Origin: a bacterium
Lineage (GTDB): Bacteria; Patescibacteriota; Patescibacteriia; 2-01-FULL-39-33
Direction of reading: 5' to 3'
Assembly (NCBI GenBank): GCA_029558735.1
Contig: JAKQDP010000054.1
Span: forward strand, 1-61,020
Length of the DNA stretch: 61,020 nt
Position 1 is the stretch's first letter; each line of letters starts with the position of its first letter. Below, piece after piece: positions 36,598-46,037 of the stretch. The notes below the pieces were generated by a model. It did not search any database. It was not told the DNA's origin and was given only the letters and a program-made list of their open reading frames with translations. The translations under genes and the position numbers were made by a program.

Positions 36598-37773
36598 ATG
36601 AAACAAACTGCTCTTTTTATTATCGGTTTAACAATTGTCGCTTTCCCGGCCGCCGGCGGCGGTCTGAATCGAATCGGCGGAATGGGCCCAAGGCATGGCG
36701 CCTTAAGTGGCAGTTATGCGGATGACTCGGCCTTGTTCTGCTACAATCCAGCCGGTCTGGCCAATTTTCAAAGAAGTTATGCTGATTTAAGCGTCGAAGT
36801 ATTCACGCCTCACTTCCGCCTCAAAAATCGCCTAACCGGCCGAAGCAACGCTTCGGCGCAAAACGTTTATCATCTAATACCACTGGCGGGGGTGATAGAG
36901 CCAGTTAATGACCATTGGGTCTGGGGCGTGGGAATAACCACACCTTACGGCTTTGGCGCCAAATTTGATTCAGATTGGCTTAGCGGCATTTACGAAAGCG
37001 AGACCTTGCTTGGCTTGGTTAATTTAACGCCGGCTGTGGCCTTCAAATTAACTGACAACTTGTCTTTAGGAGTTGGTCTTAATATCGGCTATGGACAATT
37101 CAAATATCGAGCGCCGTTTGACATTCAGGGCTGGGAAACGCCGATTAAAAGCGACAGTGAAGGCGATGGTTGGGGGCTGGGCGCTATTGCCGGCTTAAAT
37201 TACCGACCAACCCCCAAACTGGAGATAGGAATTTCTTATCTTAGCGAAATGAAAGTCCGCTTGTCGGGTGAAACAAAAATCAACGACCCGACCTCTTTAT
37301 TCGAACTAACCGACCGCTTTGATAGCGCGTTCACCTTTCCTGACAGACTGAGTGGAACCATCGCCTATCATGGCCGGCGAACACTGGTGGCTTTTAGCGC
37401 CAATTGGTATGGCTACAGCCAACAGGTTAATTCCCTGACACTTGATTTTGAGAAATTGCCGCTAACAAAAACCACCATCCTGGATTGGCGCGACAACTAT
37501 AGCCTTCATCTGGGCGCCAGGCTAAACATCAATCACTGCTGGTCCACTAGTTTTGGCCTCGGCTACCAAACAGCCGCCATCCCCCCTCAAACCATCAGTC
37601 AATACACCCCCGACGCTGATGGCTGGGATCTGGCTTGGGGGCTGAATTTTTCCCGAGGAAGTTTCCACTGTCAACTCCACGCTATTTACGGCTGGGGAGA
37701 AATGGAAACCAGAACGAGAAAATATTCCGCCCAAACCTGGACAATCGGCGCCGGCATTGGCTGGCTATTCTAA
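36598..37773 (+). CDS. FadL/TodX-family outer-membrane hydrophobic-compound channel (beta-barrel)
   Basis: 391 aa. Signal peptide MKQTALFIIGLTIVAFPAAG, N-terminal hatch-like NPAGLA, alternating beta-strand pattern, C-terminal GIGWLF aromatic terminus. Confidence 0.75.
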   Translation: MKQTALFIIGLTIVAFPAAGGGLNRIGGMGPRHGALSGSYADDSALFCYNPAGLANFQRSYADLSVEVFTPHFRLKNRLTGRSNASAQNVYHLIPLAGVIEPVNDHWVWGVGITTPYGFGAKFDSDWLSGIYESETLLGLVNLTPAVAFKLTDNLSLGVGLNIGYGQFKYRAPFDIQGWETPIKSDSEGDGWGLGAIAGLNYRPTPKLEIGISYLSEMKVRLSGETKINDPTSLFELTDRFDSAFTFPDRLSGTIAYHGRRTLVAFSANWYGYSQQVNSLTLDFEKLPLTKTTILDWRDNYSLHLGARLNINHCWSTSFGLGYQTAAIPPQTISQYTPDADGWDLAWGLNFSRGSFHCQLHAIYGWGEMETRTRKYSAQTWTIGAGIGWLF

Positions 37774-37784
37774 TCGCTTTACTT

Positions 37785-37825
37785 CCCCTCGATTATTAAC
37801 TAATAACCGAGGGGATTATTTTTTT
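37785..37825 (+). terminator. intrinsic terminator after the FadL-like gene
   Basis: CCCCTCG (37785-37791) pairs with CGAGGGG (37808-37814), then ATTATTTTTTT. Confidence 0.7.
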
Positions 37826-38030
37826 AACCAACTAATCAATATCAACCTGAGATGGGGGCGATGATTGGCATATTTAGTGGTATGTTCAATGGTATGTTCA
37901 TTAACAATCTAATTAATCGGCAATAAAGACTCACCGGCCCGACCCTGGCTGGAGCCATAAAAAAATTCCCCCCTTCGCCCAAAAAAATCCGACTTAATTA
38001 TTCAAGTCGGGGGTTTTAAATTTAAATAAA

Positions 38031-38345
38031 TTAACCTTTGACTTTTTTGTCATTAATCTGCCGCTCCAGACGAATCACTTCGTCAAAATCGTCTTCGGGC
38101 GTTATTTTTTTACGCCGCCTTTCTCCGCACTTCTGGCACTCATGAACCACCACCCATTCTCCCGACTGATAAAAAACATCTATAGGCGCCATCAGCCCGC
38201 CGCAAGACTGGGCCCGATCGCCAGGCTCAATATCAAAATGTTTGGACCACAGGCATTTGGGGCAATGGTTGGTATAGCCGGTGCCCTCGACTTGGTGGCC
38301 ACAATGCTCACAAACAAAGTTTTCTTTTTTTCTGGTAAAACTCAT
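38031..38345 (-). CDS. RNHCP domain-containing protein
   Basis: 104 aa. FVCEHCGH...YTNHCPKCLWSKH...CQKCG zinc-ribbon pattern of the RNHCP family. Confidence 0.8.
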   Translation of the reverse strand: MSFTRKKENFVCEHCGHQVEGTGYTNHCPKCLWSKHFDIEPGDRAQSCGGLMAPIDVFYQSGEWVVVHECQKCGERRRKKITPEDDFDEVIRLERQINDKKVKG

Positions 38346-38624
38346 ACTGGTAAAAATTGTTAAATTGTTCCATTGTTTTTACATCCCCAATACCAATCCA
38401 TCAAGCCGACCCAATAACAATTTGACGATATAATAATGTAACTATTATTACACCTAAAAAAGAAAAATACAAACGCCCATTCTTGCAGAGTTGACTTTTC
38501 CCGACTATTTTGCTATGCTAATGAAAGCTAATTAACAACCTGCAACTTGCCCCTGAGGGGCCAAATTAATTCACTAAAAAGCAGGGCTAAGGCGCTAATT
38601 GGCGCCACGGCTAAAACAATTATT

Positions 38625-39908
38625 ATGACTACCAAAGAACAGAATTCTCCGAAGGAATCAGAAATGCAAAGACTGCTTGAAGACAAGCAGTATTTTAATT
38701 TGCCAAAAGTCGGCGATCTGGTTAAGGGCACCATCATTTCCTCCGACAAAAGCGAGGTCCATATTGATTTGGGCGGTGTGGCCACCGGCATCGTTCGCGG
38801 TCGGGAACGATATGGCGAAGCGGAAGAATATCGCAATCTCAAACCGGGCGACGAAGTGGAAGCAACCGTGATGGAACTGGAAAATGAAACCGGTGAATTG
38901 GAACTGTCTTTCCGTTATGCCGGCCGACAGAAAGCTTGGCAAAATATCAGCCAATTTGAAAAGGACGGCACCATTATCGAGGCCTTAATTATTGATGCCA
39001 ATAAAGGCGGCCTAATGATTAGAGTGGAAAACACTCCCGGCTTTTTGCCTGTCTCCCAATTGGCGCCCGAACATTATCCCCGCGTGCCTGGCGGTGATAA
39101 AAACCGTATTCTGGAAATATTAAAAAGTTATGTCGGCAATAAATTTGAAGTCAAAATCATTGATGCCAAAGAAGGAGAGGATAAGCTGATTGTCTCGGAA
39201 AAAGCCGCTTGGGAAGAAACCCAAAAAGAAACCATCAACAAATACAAGGTCGACAATATTGTTGAGGGCACAGTCACCGCGATTACCGACTTCGGTGTGT
39301 TTGTCGAATTCAGCGATAAATTGGAAGGCTTGATCCATATTTCCGAAATCGCCTGGCAAAGAATCGATGACCCCAATGATTTTGTCAAAGTCGGCCAAAA
39401 AATCAAAGCGGAAATCATTGATATTCAGAACTCCAAAATCTTCTTGTCAATGAAAAAATTGGCCAAAGACCCTTGGGATGGCCTGGATAAAAAATTTACC
39501 ATCGGCGACAAGGTGAAAGGCAAAGTCATTAAGGCCAATCCTTTCGGCCTGTTTGTGGAAATTGCCGCTGACATTCAAGGCTTGGCTCACATTTCCCAAT
39601 TAAGCGACAAAGAGGTGGATAAAGCGGAGGCCATCGCCAAACCCGGCGAAGAAAAAGATTTCTACATCGTCTCCATGGATATCAAAAACCATCGGCTGGG
39701 ATTAAGCTTGGTCAAACCAAAAAAAGAAGAGGTTAAACCGGCCGCTGAACCAACCGAAGAAAAGAAAACCGCCCCGGCCGCCGACCAAGTTGAAAAAGAA
39801 AAAGAAGAAAAGACCGAAAATACAAAAGAAGAACCAAAAGAAAAGAAAGTAAAAAAAGAAAAGAAAGATAAGCCAGAAAAGAAAAACAAAAAAAAGAAAG
39901 AAAATTAG
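38625..39908 (+). CDS. rpsA: 30S ribosomal protein S1 with a long Lys/Glu-rich C-terminal tail
   Basis: Repeated S1 domains (VGDLVKGTII, VEGTVTAITDFGVFVEF, VKGKVIKANPFGLFVEI). The track ORF starts at 38547. ATG at 38625 (MTTKEQ...) is preferred because a promoter-like TTGACT-17-TATGCT lies upstream. Confidence 0.88.
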   Translation: MTTKEQNSPKESEMQRLLEDKQYFNLPKVGDLVKGTIISSDKSEVHIDLGGVATGIVRGRERYGEAEEYRNLKPGDEVEATVMELENETGELELSFRYAGRQKAWQNISQFEKDGTIIEALIIDANKGGLMIRVENTPGFLPVSQLAPEHYPRVPGGDKNRILEILKSYVGNKFEVKIIDAKEGEDKLIVSEKAAWEETQKETINKYKVDNIVEGTVTAITDFGVFVEFSDKLEGLIHISEIAWQRIDDPNDFVKVGQKIKAEIIDIQNSKIFLSMKKLAKDPWDGLDKKFTIGDKVKGKVIKANPFGLFVEIAADIQGLAHISQLSDKEVDKAEAIAKPGEEKDFYIVSMDIKNHRLGLSLVKPKKEEVKPAAEPTEEKKTAPAADQVEKEKEEKTENTKEEPKEKKVKKEKKDKPEKKNKKKKEN

Positions 39909-40149
39909 GATATAAAAATACTCCCAATAAATCGGGAGTATTTTTTGTATAATTTTTATAGAAATTTCCAATTTTCAATTTAAAAATAAATAATTGCTGC
40001 ATTGCTAAATTGTTATACTGCTGAATTGTTGTATTGTTATGTTGTTACATTATTTTTGTCACTATTATAGAGATAGCGCCCAACAATTTTACAATTTAAC
40101 AATATAATAATTCGTCAATTCAACTTTATAGACTTTATAGACTTCTAAC

Positions 40150-40740
40150 TTATTTATAAACCTCCCAAATATAACCCAAAATACTAAAATATCCCAAAAG
40201 CGCCGCGGCTGCCAAGAATACGGCGCTAACAACTAATAGCAGCTGGCCGCCGACCAATAGCCAAATCAACACGGCAACAATCGCCGCCACTTCCACTACC
40301 ATTTTTGCTTTACCCACTATGTTGGCTGAGGGGATGGTCCGGTCCCTAAAAACCACCAAAAAACCCAAGCCCAAAGCGCCGGTCAAAAAATCAAAAAACA
40401 ACACAAAAAATAGCAACAACGGCCAGGGATAATAATACATTAGGAACATCGCCAACAGAATGATAAGAAATTTATCGGCAATTGGATCCAAAAACGCCCC
40501 CCAATCCGAAAGCTGACCGGTCTTTCGGGCCAATGAGCCGTCCAGTGCATCACACAGCGCCGCCAAAATAAAACTAATCAATGCAAAACTAAAATTAGCG
40601 ACAGCGATAAAATATAAAATCACCGGAATCAAAGCCAGGCGGATAAAAGTAAAAATATTGGGACTAAAGTTTTTTGGTAAAAACCGTAACCCCAGCCCAT
40701 ACCACAAATCGTCCATTTTTTTCTGCCCCCATATTGACAT
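40150..40740 (-). CDS. pgsA: CDP-alcohol phosphatidyltransferase (PgsA-like)
   Basis: Motif DALDGSLARKTGQLSDWGAFLDPIADK (D-x2-DG-x2-AR...G-x3-D-x3-D). The track start at 40749 is TTG. ATGs at 40740 or 40716 are alternatives. Confidence 0.85.
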   Translation of the reverse strand: MSIWGQKKMDDLWYGLGLRFLPKNFSPNIFTFIRLALIPVILYFIAVANFSFALISFILAALCDALDGSLARKTGQLSDWGAFLDPIADKFLIILLAMFLMYYYPWPLLLFFVLFFDFLTGALGLGFLVVFRDRTIPSANIVGKAKMVVEVAAIVAVLIWLLVGGQLLLVVSAVFLAAAALLGYFSILGYIWEVYK

Positions 40741-40811
40741 AATAGACAAAAATGTTATATTGTATTATACTTTAATAATACCAAATATTAACCAAAAAGA
40801 AAAATATCCTT

Positions 40812-42644
40812 ATGAAAAATTTGACTAAAAATTTTCTTATTGCTTTTGTTGTTTTTCTGGCTTTCGCCAGTCTGCTGAGTTTGTATAATTTGCCCAACGG
40901 ACAACCCCAAGAAATAGACCTTGCCACCCTAATCAATCAAATTGAAACCGACCAGGTCAAAACTATCACGGTCCAAGACGATAAATTAAATATTACCCTC
41001 AATAACGACGAAGAACAAATTGCTTATAAAGAACCAAACGAAAGTTTAAGCGCGCTATTTGACCACTATGGCGTCAATCCGGACAAAACCAAACAAATAT
41101 CAATCACAATAAAAAAAGAAAGCGAGCTGATTTTTTGGCTGGCTACAATTCTGCCTTTTTTAATTCCTTTATTGTTTGTGGTTGGCTTTTTCTTGTTTAT
41201 GATGCGCCAAGCCCAAGGCGCCAATAGCAAAGCCATGAGTTTCGGTCAAAGCGGCGTTAAAGAATTTAATCCCAACAAAAAAATAAAGACTACCTTTAAT
41301 GATGTTGCTGGCGTCAAAGAAGCCAAAAAAGAATTGGAAGAGGTGGTAGAATTTTTGAAAAATCCCAAAAAATTCACTTCGTTGGGAGCGACTATTCCCA
41401 AAGGCGTCCTGCTCTTGGGCGCGCCCGGCACTGGCAAAACCCTATTAGCCAAAGCCGTGGCCGGTGAAGCCAATGTGCCCTTTTTTAGTATTTCCGGTTC
41501 AGAGTTTGTTGAAATGTTTGTCGGCGTCGGCGCTTCCCGGGTCCGCGACTTGTTCCGCCGGGCCAAAAAAAATGCTCCCTGCATCGTTTTCATTGACGAA
41601 ATCGACGCTGTGGGCCGACAACGCGGCGCCGGACTGGGCGGCTCCCACGACGAACGAGAGCAAACCCTCAACCAAATTCTAGTCGAAATGGACGGCTTTG
41701 AACCGAACACTAATGTGATTGTGATGGCGGCCACCAACCGACCGGATGTCTTGGATTCAGCCCTATTGCGACCGGGCCGCTTTGACCGCCGCGTTACCTT
41801 GGATTTGCCGGACATCAATGACCGAGAAATGATTTTGAAAGTCCACAGACGGAAAAAACCGATGGCAGCCGATGTTAATTTGCGCCAAATCGGCGAACGC
41901 ACTCCGGGTTTTTCCGGCGCTGATTTGTCCAACCTGCTCAATGAAGCGGCGATTTTAGCGGCGCTCAATAATAAAAAACAAATCAATCAATTAGACATTA
42001 TTAATAGTATTGATAAAATTTTGCTCGGCCCGGAAAGAAAGAGTCATATTCTCAATAAAGCCGAAAAGGAAATTACCGCCTATCATGAAGCCGGCCACGC
42101 TTTGGTCGCCCACTTGCTACCCAATACCGACCCGGTCAGAAAAGTATCCATTATTGCTCGCGGCATGGCCGCCGGCTTTACTCTCAAATTACCCAGCGAA
42201 GATAAAAAACTGCACAGTCGCTCAGAATTTATTGAAGAATTGGCTGTGCTCTTGGCCGGTCGAATCACCGAAAAAAAAGTTTTTGACGAGGTGACTACTG
42301 GCGCCCAAAGCGATCTGCGTGAAGCGACCAAGCTAGCCAAACGGCTGATTACCGAATACGGTATGAGCGATAAGCTTGGCCTGCGGACTTTTGGGGAACG
42401 CGAAGAACTAGTCTTTTTGGGACGCGAGCTCCACGAACAACGCGACTATTCGGAAAAAACCGCACAAGACATTGACGAAGAGATTTACCGCTTGACCAGC
42501 GACGCGGCCAAAACCGCGGAAAAAATCATTACCGAACATAAAACCGACTTGGATAAAATTGCCCAGGAATTGTTAATCAAAGAAACCATTGAAGCCGAAG
42601 AATTTGAAAAACTCTTAGGCAAAAAAAAGACCACCACCGATTAA
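40812..42644 (+). CDS. ftsH: ATP-dependent zinc metalloprotease FtsH
   Basis: 610 aa. Walker [17 protein letters not shown] region, zinc site HEAGHA. Confidence 0.97.
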   Translation: MKNLTKNFLIAFVVFLAFASLLSLYNLPNGQPQEIDLATLINQIETDQVKTITVQDDKLNITLNNDEEQIAYKEPNESLSALFDHYGVNPDKTKQISITIKKESELIFWLATILPFLIPLLFVVGFFLFMMRQAQGANSKAMSFGQSGVKEFNPNKKIKTTFNDVAGVKEAKKELEEVVEFLKNPKKFTSLGATIPKGVLLLGAPGTGKTLLAKAVAGEANVPFFSISGSEFVEMFVGVGASRVRDLFRRAKKNAPCIVFIDEIDAVGRQRGAGLGGSHDEREQTLNQILVEMDGFEPNTNVIVMAATNRPDVLDSALLRPGRFDRRVTLDLPDINDREMILKVHRRKKPMAADVNLRQIGERTPGFSGADLSNLLNEAAILAALNNKKQINQLDIINSIDKILLGPERKSHILNKAEKEITAYHEAGHALVAHLLPNTDPVRKVSIIARGMAAGFTLKLPSEDKKLHSRSEFIEELAVLLAGRITEKKVFDEVTTGAQSDLREATKLAKRLITEYGMSDKLGLRTFGEREELVFLGRELHEQRDYSEKTAQDIDEEIYRLTSDAAKTAEKIITEHKTDLDKIAQELLIKETIEAEEFEKLLGKKKTTTD

Positions 42645-42658
42645 CAACCAAAAAACAC

Positions 42659-42703
42659 AACTAGAACAGCAGCGTCTAAATAGACGCTGCTGTTCTAGTT
42701 TTA
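42659..42703 (+). terminator. intrinsic terminator after ftsH
   Basis: Perfect 19-bp stem AACTAGAACAGCAGCGTCT/AGACGCTGCTGTTCTAGTT with an AAAT loop, followed by TTT. Confidence 0.85.
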
Positions 42704-42787
42704 ATTAAATCATTCCCCCTTGTGGACTTAGCAGATTAACCTGTGTTATAATATATTTAATCAGTTTTAAAAAAATAACCAAACTAT

Positions 42788-43810
42788 ATGGAAGGGACTG
42801 CTCTTTACCGGCCAATTCTGAAAAAGGCTTGGCTGATGACCAAAAAATTTAAGTATTTATGGTTTTTTGGTTTTTTCGCCACTATTTTAGGCAGTAGCGG
42901 CGAATATGAAATGTTAATAAGAATAACACCCCAAACCGGAAAAAACAACAGCGTCATCGGAGCCACTTGGGCCAGCTTTAAAGCCGGCCTGGAAAACAGC
43001 CTTGCGTCTGATAGCGGACTATTGACTAGTCTATTTAGCGCCATCAAAGCCAACCCTCAATCAATTGTGCTGGTGGTGTTTATTTTTATGCTGGCTCTAA
43101 CGATTGCTCTTTTTGTGCTCTGGCTGGCCATCATATCAGAAATCGGCTTGATTAGAGGGACGGTTTGGGCCGGCAAAAACAAAAAACTAACCATCACTAA
43201 CGGGGTTGATTTTGCCGTAACTAAATTTTGGCCGGTCTTAGCGGCCAACGCCCTGATGAAACTGGCGGTTTTTATTTTGTTTATTATTGTCGGCTGGGAA
43301 ATATCATTTCTCAGCACCCAGGGACCTATCGGCACAATCATTTATTATGTGTCTTTCGTGATTTTTGCCTTAATTGTTTTTGCCATCTCTTTTGTTTCCC
43401 GTTATCAACTTTATTATATTGTCATCGGCAAACAAAAAGTGTTTCCCGCTCTTAAATCTGGCTGGCAATTATTCAAAAAAAATTGGTTGATTTCCTATGA
43501 GATGGCTTTTATTTTGCTGGTCCTTTCTCTGCTTATTACCGCTATTGGCGTCTTTGCCGGTTTGGCTATTTTATCCATTCCCATTAATTTGCCAGTCTTC
43601 TTTCCGCTCGAACCGTGGCTGGGCATGATTATCGCCCTAATTTCCGTTCTTGCTGTGCTGGCGCTGAATTTCTTTATTGCTGCCGTTTTGACCACTTTTC
43701 AATGGAGCTGCTGGACTCTGTTGTTCGACAATATTGACAAGGGTCAATCAATCAGCAAAATTACCCGAACCGCCCAAGACCTGCCGACTTATATTCTTAA
43801 CAAAAAATAA
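42788..43810 (+). CDS. hypothetical polytopic membrane protein
   Basis: 340 aa with about 6-7 hydrophobic helices. No recognisable motif. Confidence 0.6.
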   Translation: MEGTALYRPILKKAWLMTKKFKYLWFFGFFATILGSSGEYEMLIRITPQTGKNNSVIGATWASFKAGLENSLASDSGLLTSLFSAIKANPQSIVLVVFIFMLALTIALFVLWLAIISEIGLIRGTVWAGKNKKLTITNGVDFAVTKFWPVLAANALMKLAVFILFIIVGWEISFLSTQGPIGTIIYYVSFVIFALIVFAISFVSRYQLYYIVIGKQKVFPALKSGWQLFKKNWLISYEMAFILLVLSLLITAIGVFAGLAILSIPINLPVFFPLEPWLGMIIALISVLAVLALNFFIAAVLTTFQWSCWTLLFDNIDKGQSISKITRTAQDLPTYILNKK

Positions 43811-43922
43811 ACACCTCAATCAATAAAACCATCCTCGCCGTCCGATTTTTGCCGGGGATGGTTTTAAACTTGAAAAAAAATCATAAAAAAAGTATAATAA
43901 ATAAAAAAATAATTACCCTGCT

Positions 43923-45623
43923 ATGCCTCTCGAACCATCATTGGATGACCTAATAAACAAAAAATCGGCTGACGAAGATTCAACTGAAGAAAAATTGCAA
44001 AAAAAGATTATAGAAATCACTCGGCGAGAAAAAGAGGAAGAAATAAAACAACAGGCCGACAGTCAGGGCTTACCCTACATCAACTTGTCCGGATTCGCCA
44101 TTGGTCCCGATGCGATTTCCCTGATTGATCCACAGACGGCAACCACCAATCAGGTGGTAAGCTTCTTTTATAACGGCACCGAAATTCGATTGGCCACCAC
44201 TAATTATACCGACTCAATAAAAGAGCTGGAACAAACCTTGGCCGAGGAATATCATGCTAATGTCTCTACTTATTTAATCTCCCAATATAGTTTGAATCTG
44301 GCGCTCAAAATTTATGATACCTTGCCGAAAATAAAAAAGAGTGTGGCCGGCATTGAAATTAAAGCCGAAGAGTTGAAGCAATATGAAACAGAAATCAAAA
44401 CTTTTAAAGATTTGGATAATAAAATCAAGCAAGTTTCCACGACCGAATTGATTACCCTGTTGATGGCCGGCGCGATCAAATCGCGCGCCTCCGATATTCA
44501 TATTGAAGCGGAAGAAAAGGGAATAAAAATTCGTTACCGAATAGACGGCGTTTTAAATGATGTCGCCACGATTGAAAAAAGAGATTGGCCGAAAATCGCT
44601 TCGCGCATTAAACACTTGGCTAAGCTCAAAATCAATATCTCCGACCGCCCCCAGGATGGCCGGTTTTCCGTTTTTCTGACCAACGACCGAATCGATTTGC
44701 GTGTTTCGGCGCTGCCCACCGCTTTTGGTGAAAGCATTGTCATCCGCCTGTTAATGTCTTCGGCGGTTAACTTGAGTTTTGAGGATTTGGGTTTAAGGGG
44801 GGGCGCCTTCCAAATTTTGGAAAAAGAAATTCAACGCCCCAATGGCATGATTGTTACGACCGGCCCGACCGGTTCCGGCAAAACCACCACTCTTTACGCT
44901 ATTTTAAAAAAACTAAACAAGTCGGAAACAAAAATTATCACCATTGAAGACCCGATTGAATATGAGCTCAAGGGCATCAATCAAAGCCAGGTCAACAAAG
45001 ATTATACTTTTGCCAAAGGATTGCGCTCAATTGTTCGCCAAGATCCGGATATTATTATGGTCGGCGAAATTCGCGATTTAGACACTGCCGAAATTGCCAT
45101 TCAGGCGGCTTTAACCGGCCATTTAGTCTTGTCCACCATTCATACTAATGACGCTTTTGGCGCCATTCCGCGCTTTTTATCCATGGGAGTCAAACCGTTC
45201 TTGCTGGCGCCGGCCCTAAACGTGGCGATTGGCCAACGGCTAGTGCGGCGAATTTGCGATAAATGCAAAACCGAAATTGAATTATCCGCTGAGCTCAAAG
45301 AGCGAGTAAGCAAATTATTAAGTGAGTTGCCCAACAAGCCGGAATATGAACCTTATAAAAAAGATATTGAGCAATTAAAATTCTATCAGGGCGCCGGTTG
45401 TGAAAACTGCCAAGGGCTGGGCTATAAGGGACGCATTGGTATTTATGAAATAATGCCCATCGACGGCGAGATAGAAAACAAAATCACCAAAGGTGATCTG
45501 TCGGAATATGAAATAAAAGCCCTGGCCAAAGAAAAGGGCGTGGTCACTATGGCCCAGGACGGCCTCTTAAAAGCGCTCGACGGCATCACTTCGGTAGAGG
45601 AGGTGTTTAGGGTGTCAGAATAA
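43923..45623 (+). CDS. pilB: type II/IV secretion system ATPase (GspE/PilB family)
   Basis: 566 aa. Walker A GPTGSGKTTT, Asp and His boxes, tetracysteine CDKC...CENC. Confidence 0.9.
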   Translation: MPLEPSLDDLINKKSADEDSTEEKLQKKIIEITRREKEEEIKQQADSQGLPYINLSGFAIGPDAISLIDPQTATTNQVVSFFYNGTEIRLATTNYTDSIKELEQTLAEEYHANVSTYLISQYSLNLALKIYDTLPKIKKSVAGIEIKAEELKQYETEIKTFKDLDNKIKQVSTTELITLLMAGAIKSRASDIHIEAEEKGIKIRYRIDGVLNDVATIEKRDWPKIASRIKHLAKLKINISDRPQDGRFSVFLTNDRIDLRVSALPTAFGESIVIRLLMSSAVNLSFEDLGLRGGAFQILEKEIQRPNGMIVTTGPTGSGKTTTLYAILKKLNKSETKIITIEDPIEYELKGINQSQVNKDYTFAKGLRSIVRQDPDIIMVGEIRDLDTAEIAIQAALTGHLVLSTIHTNDAFGAIPRFLSMGVKPFLLAPALNVAIGQRLVRRICDKCKTEIELSAELKERVSKLLSELPNKPEYEPYKKDIEQLKFYQGAGCENCQGLGYKGRIGIYEIMPIDGEIENKITKGDLSEYEIKALAKEKGVVTMAQDGLLKALDGITSVEEVFRVSE

Positions 45624-45685
45624 ATTTCTCTTGCTGACACTAATAAAATATCAACTATCAACCACCCACCTAAATTAGGGTAACA

Positions 45686-45719
45686 GATCAATGAACATAC
45701 CAAGGTATGTTCATTGATC
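45686..45719. repeat. 34-nt perfect palindrome downstream of pilB
   Basis: GATCAATGAACATACC-AA-GGTATGTTCATTGATC (16-nt arms). Confidence 0.85.
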
Positions 45720-45821
45720 AAAATAAAAACCGTCCTCAGCCGGGCGGATTTTATTTTTTTGCCTCCTTAATAAATCCTCCAACCACCCGTTCGCTTCCCT
45801 TGATGATACTCATCATAATTT

Positions 45822-45849
45822 AAAAAGCACCCCTCACGGGGTGCTTTTT
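45822..45849 (-). terminator. intrinsic terminator downstream of tRNA-Glu (symmetric)
   Basis: AAAAAGCACCCC-TCAC-GGGGTGCTTTTT. Confidence 0.8.
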
Positions 45850-45857
45850 AAATTACG

Positions 45858-45932
45858 TGGTACCGCCACGGGGAATCGAACCCCGGTTGCCAGGATGAAA
45901 ACCTGATGTCCTAACCACTAGACGATGGCGGC
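45858..45932 (-). tRNA. tRNA-Glu (anticodon UUC), CCA encoded
   Basis: Minus strand: GCCGCCATCGTCTAGTGGTTAGGACATCAGGTTTTCATCCTGGCAACCGGGGTTCGATTCCCCGTGGCGGTACCA. Folds as a cloverleaf with anticodon loop TTTTCAT and T-loop GGTTCGATTCC. Promoter-like TTGACT-17-TACAAT lies upstream. Confidence 0.9.
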
Positions 45933-46037
45933 CTAGATCTAATTAACCAAAACAACAATCACAAAAAATATTGTACACCCTTATCAACCAAAAGTCAATC
46001 TCGCCAAAGAAAAAAAAATTTAGTATGATAAGGGGGT

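Noticed and set aside
37850-37925. 24-aa hydrophobic mini-ORF (MGAMIGIFSGMFNGMFINNLINRQ) after the FadL terminator, with a repeated GGTATGTTCA word.
   Set aside because: I saw no SD or promoter, and the repeat-derived sequence could generate it by chance. I considered it as a type I toxin-like peptide, but it is unsupported.
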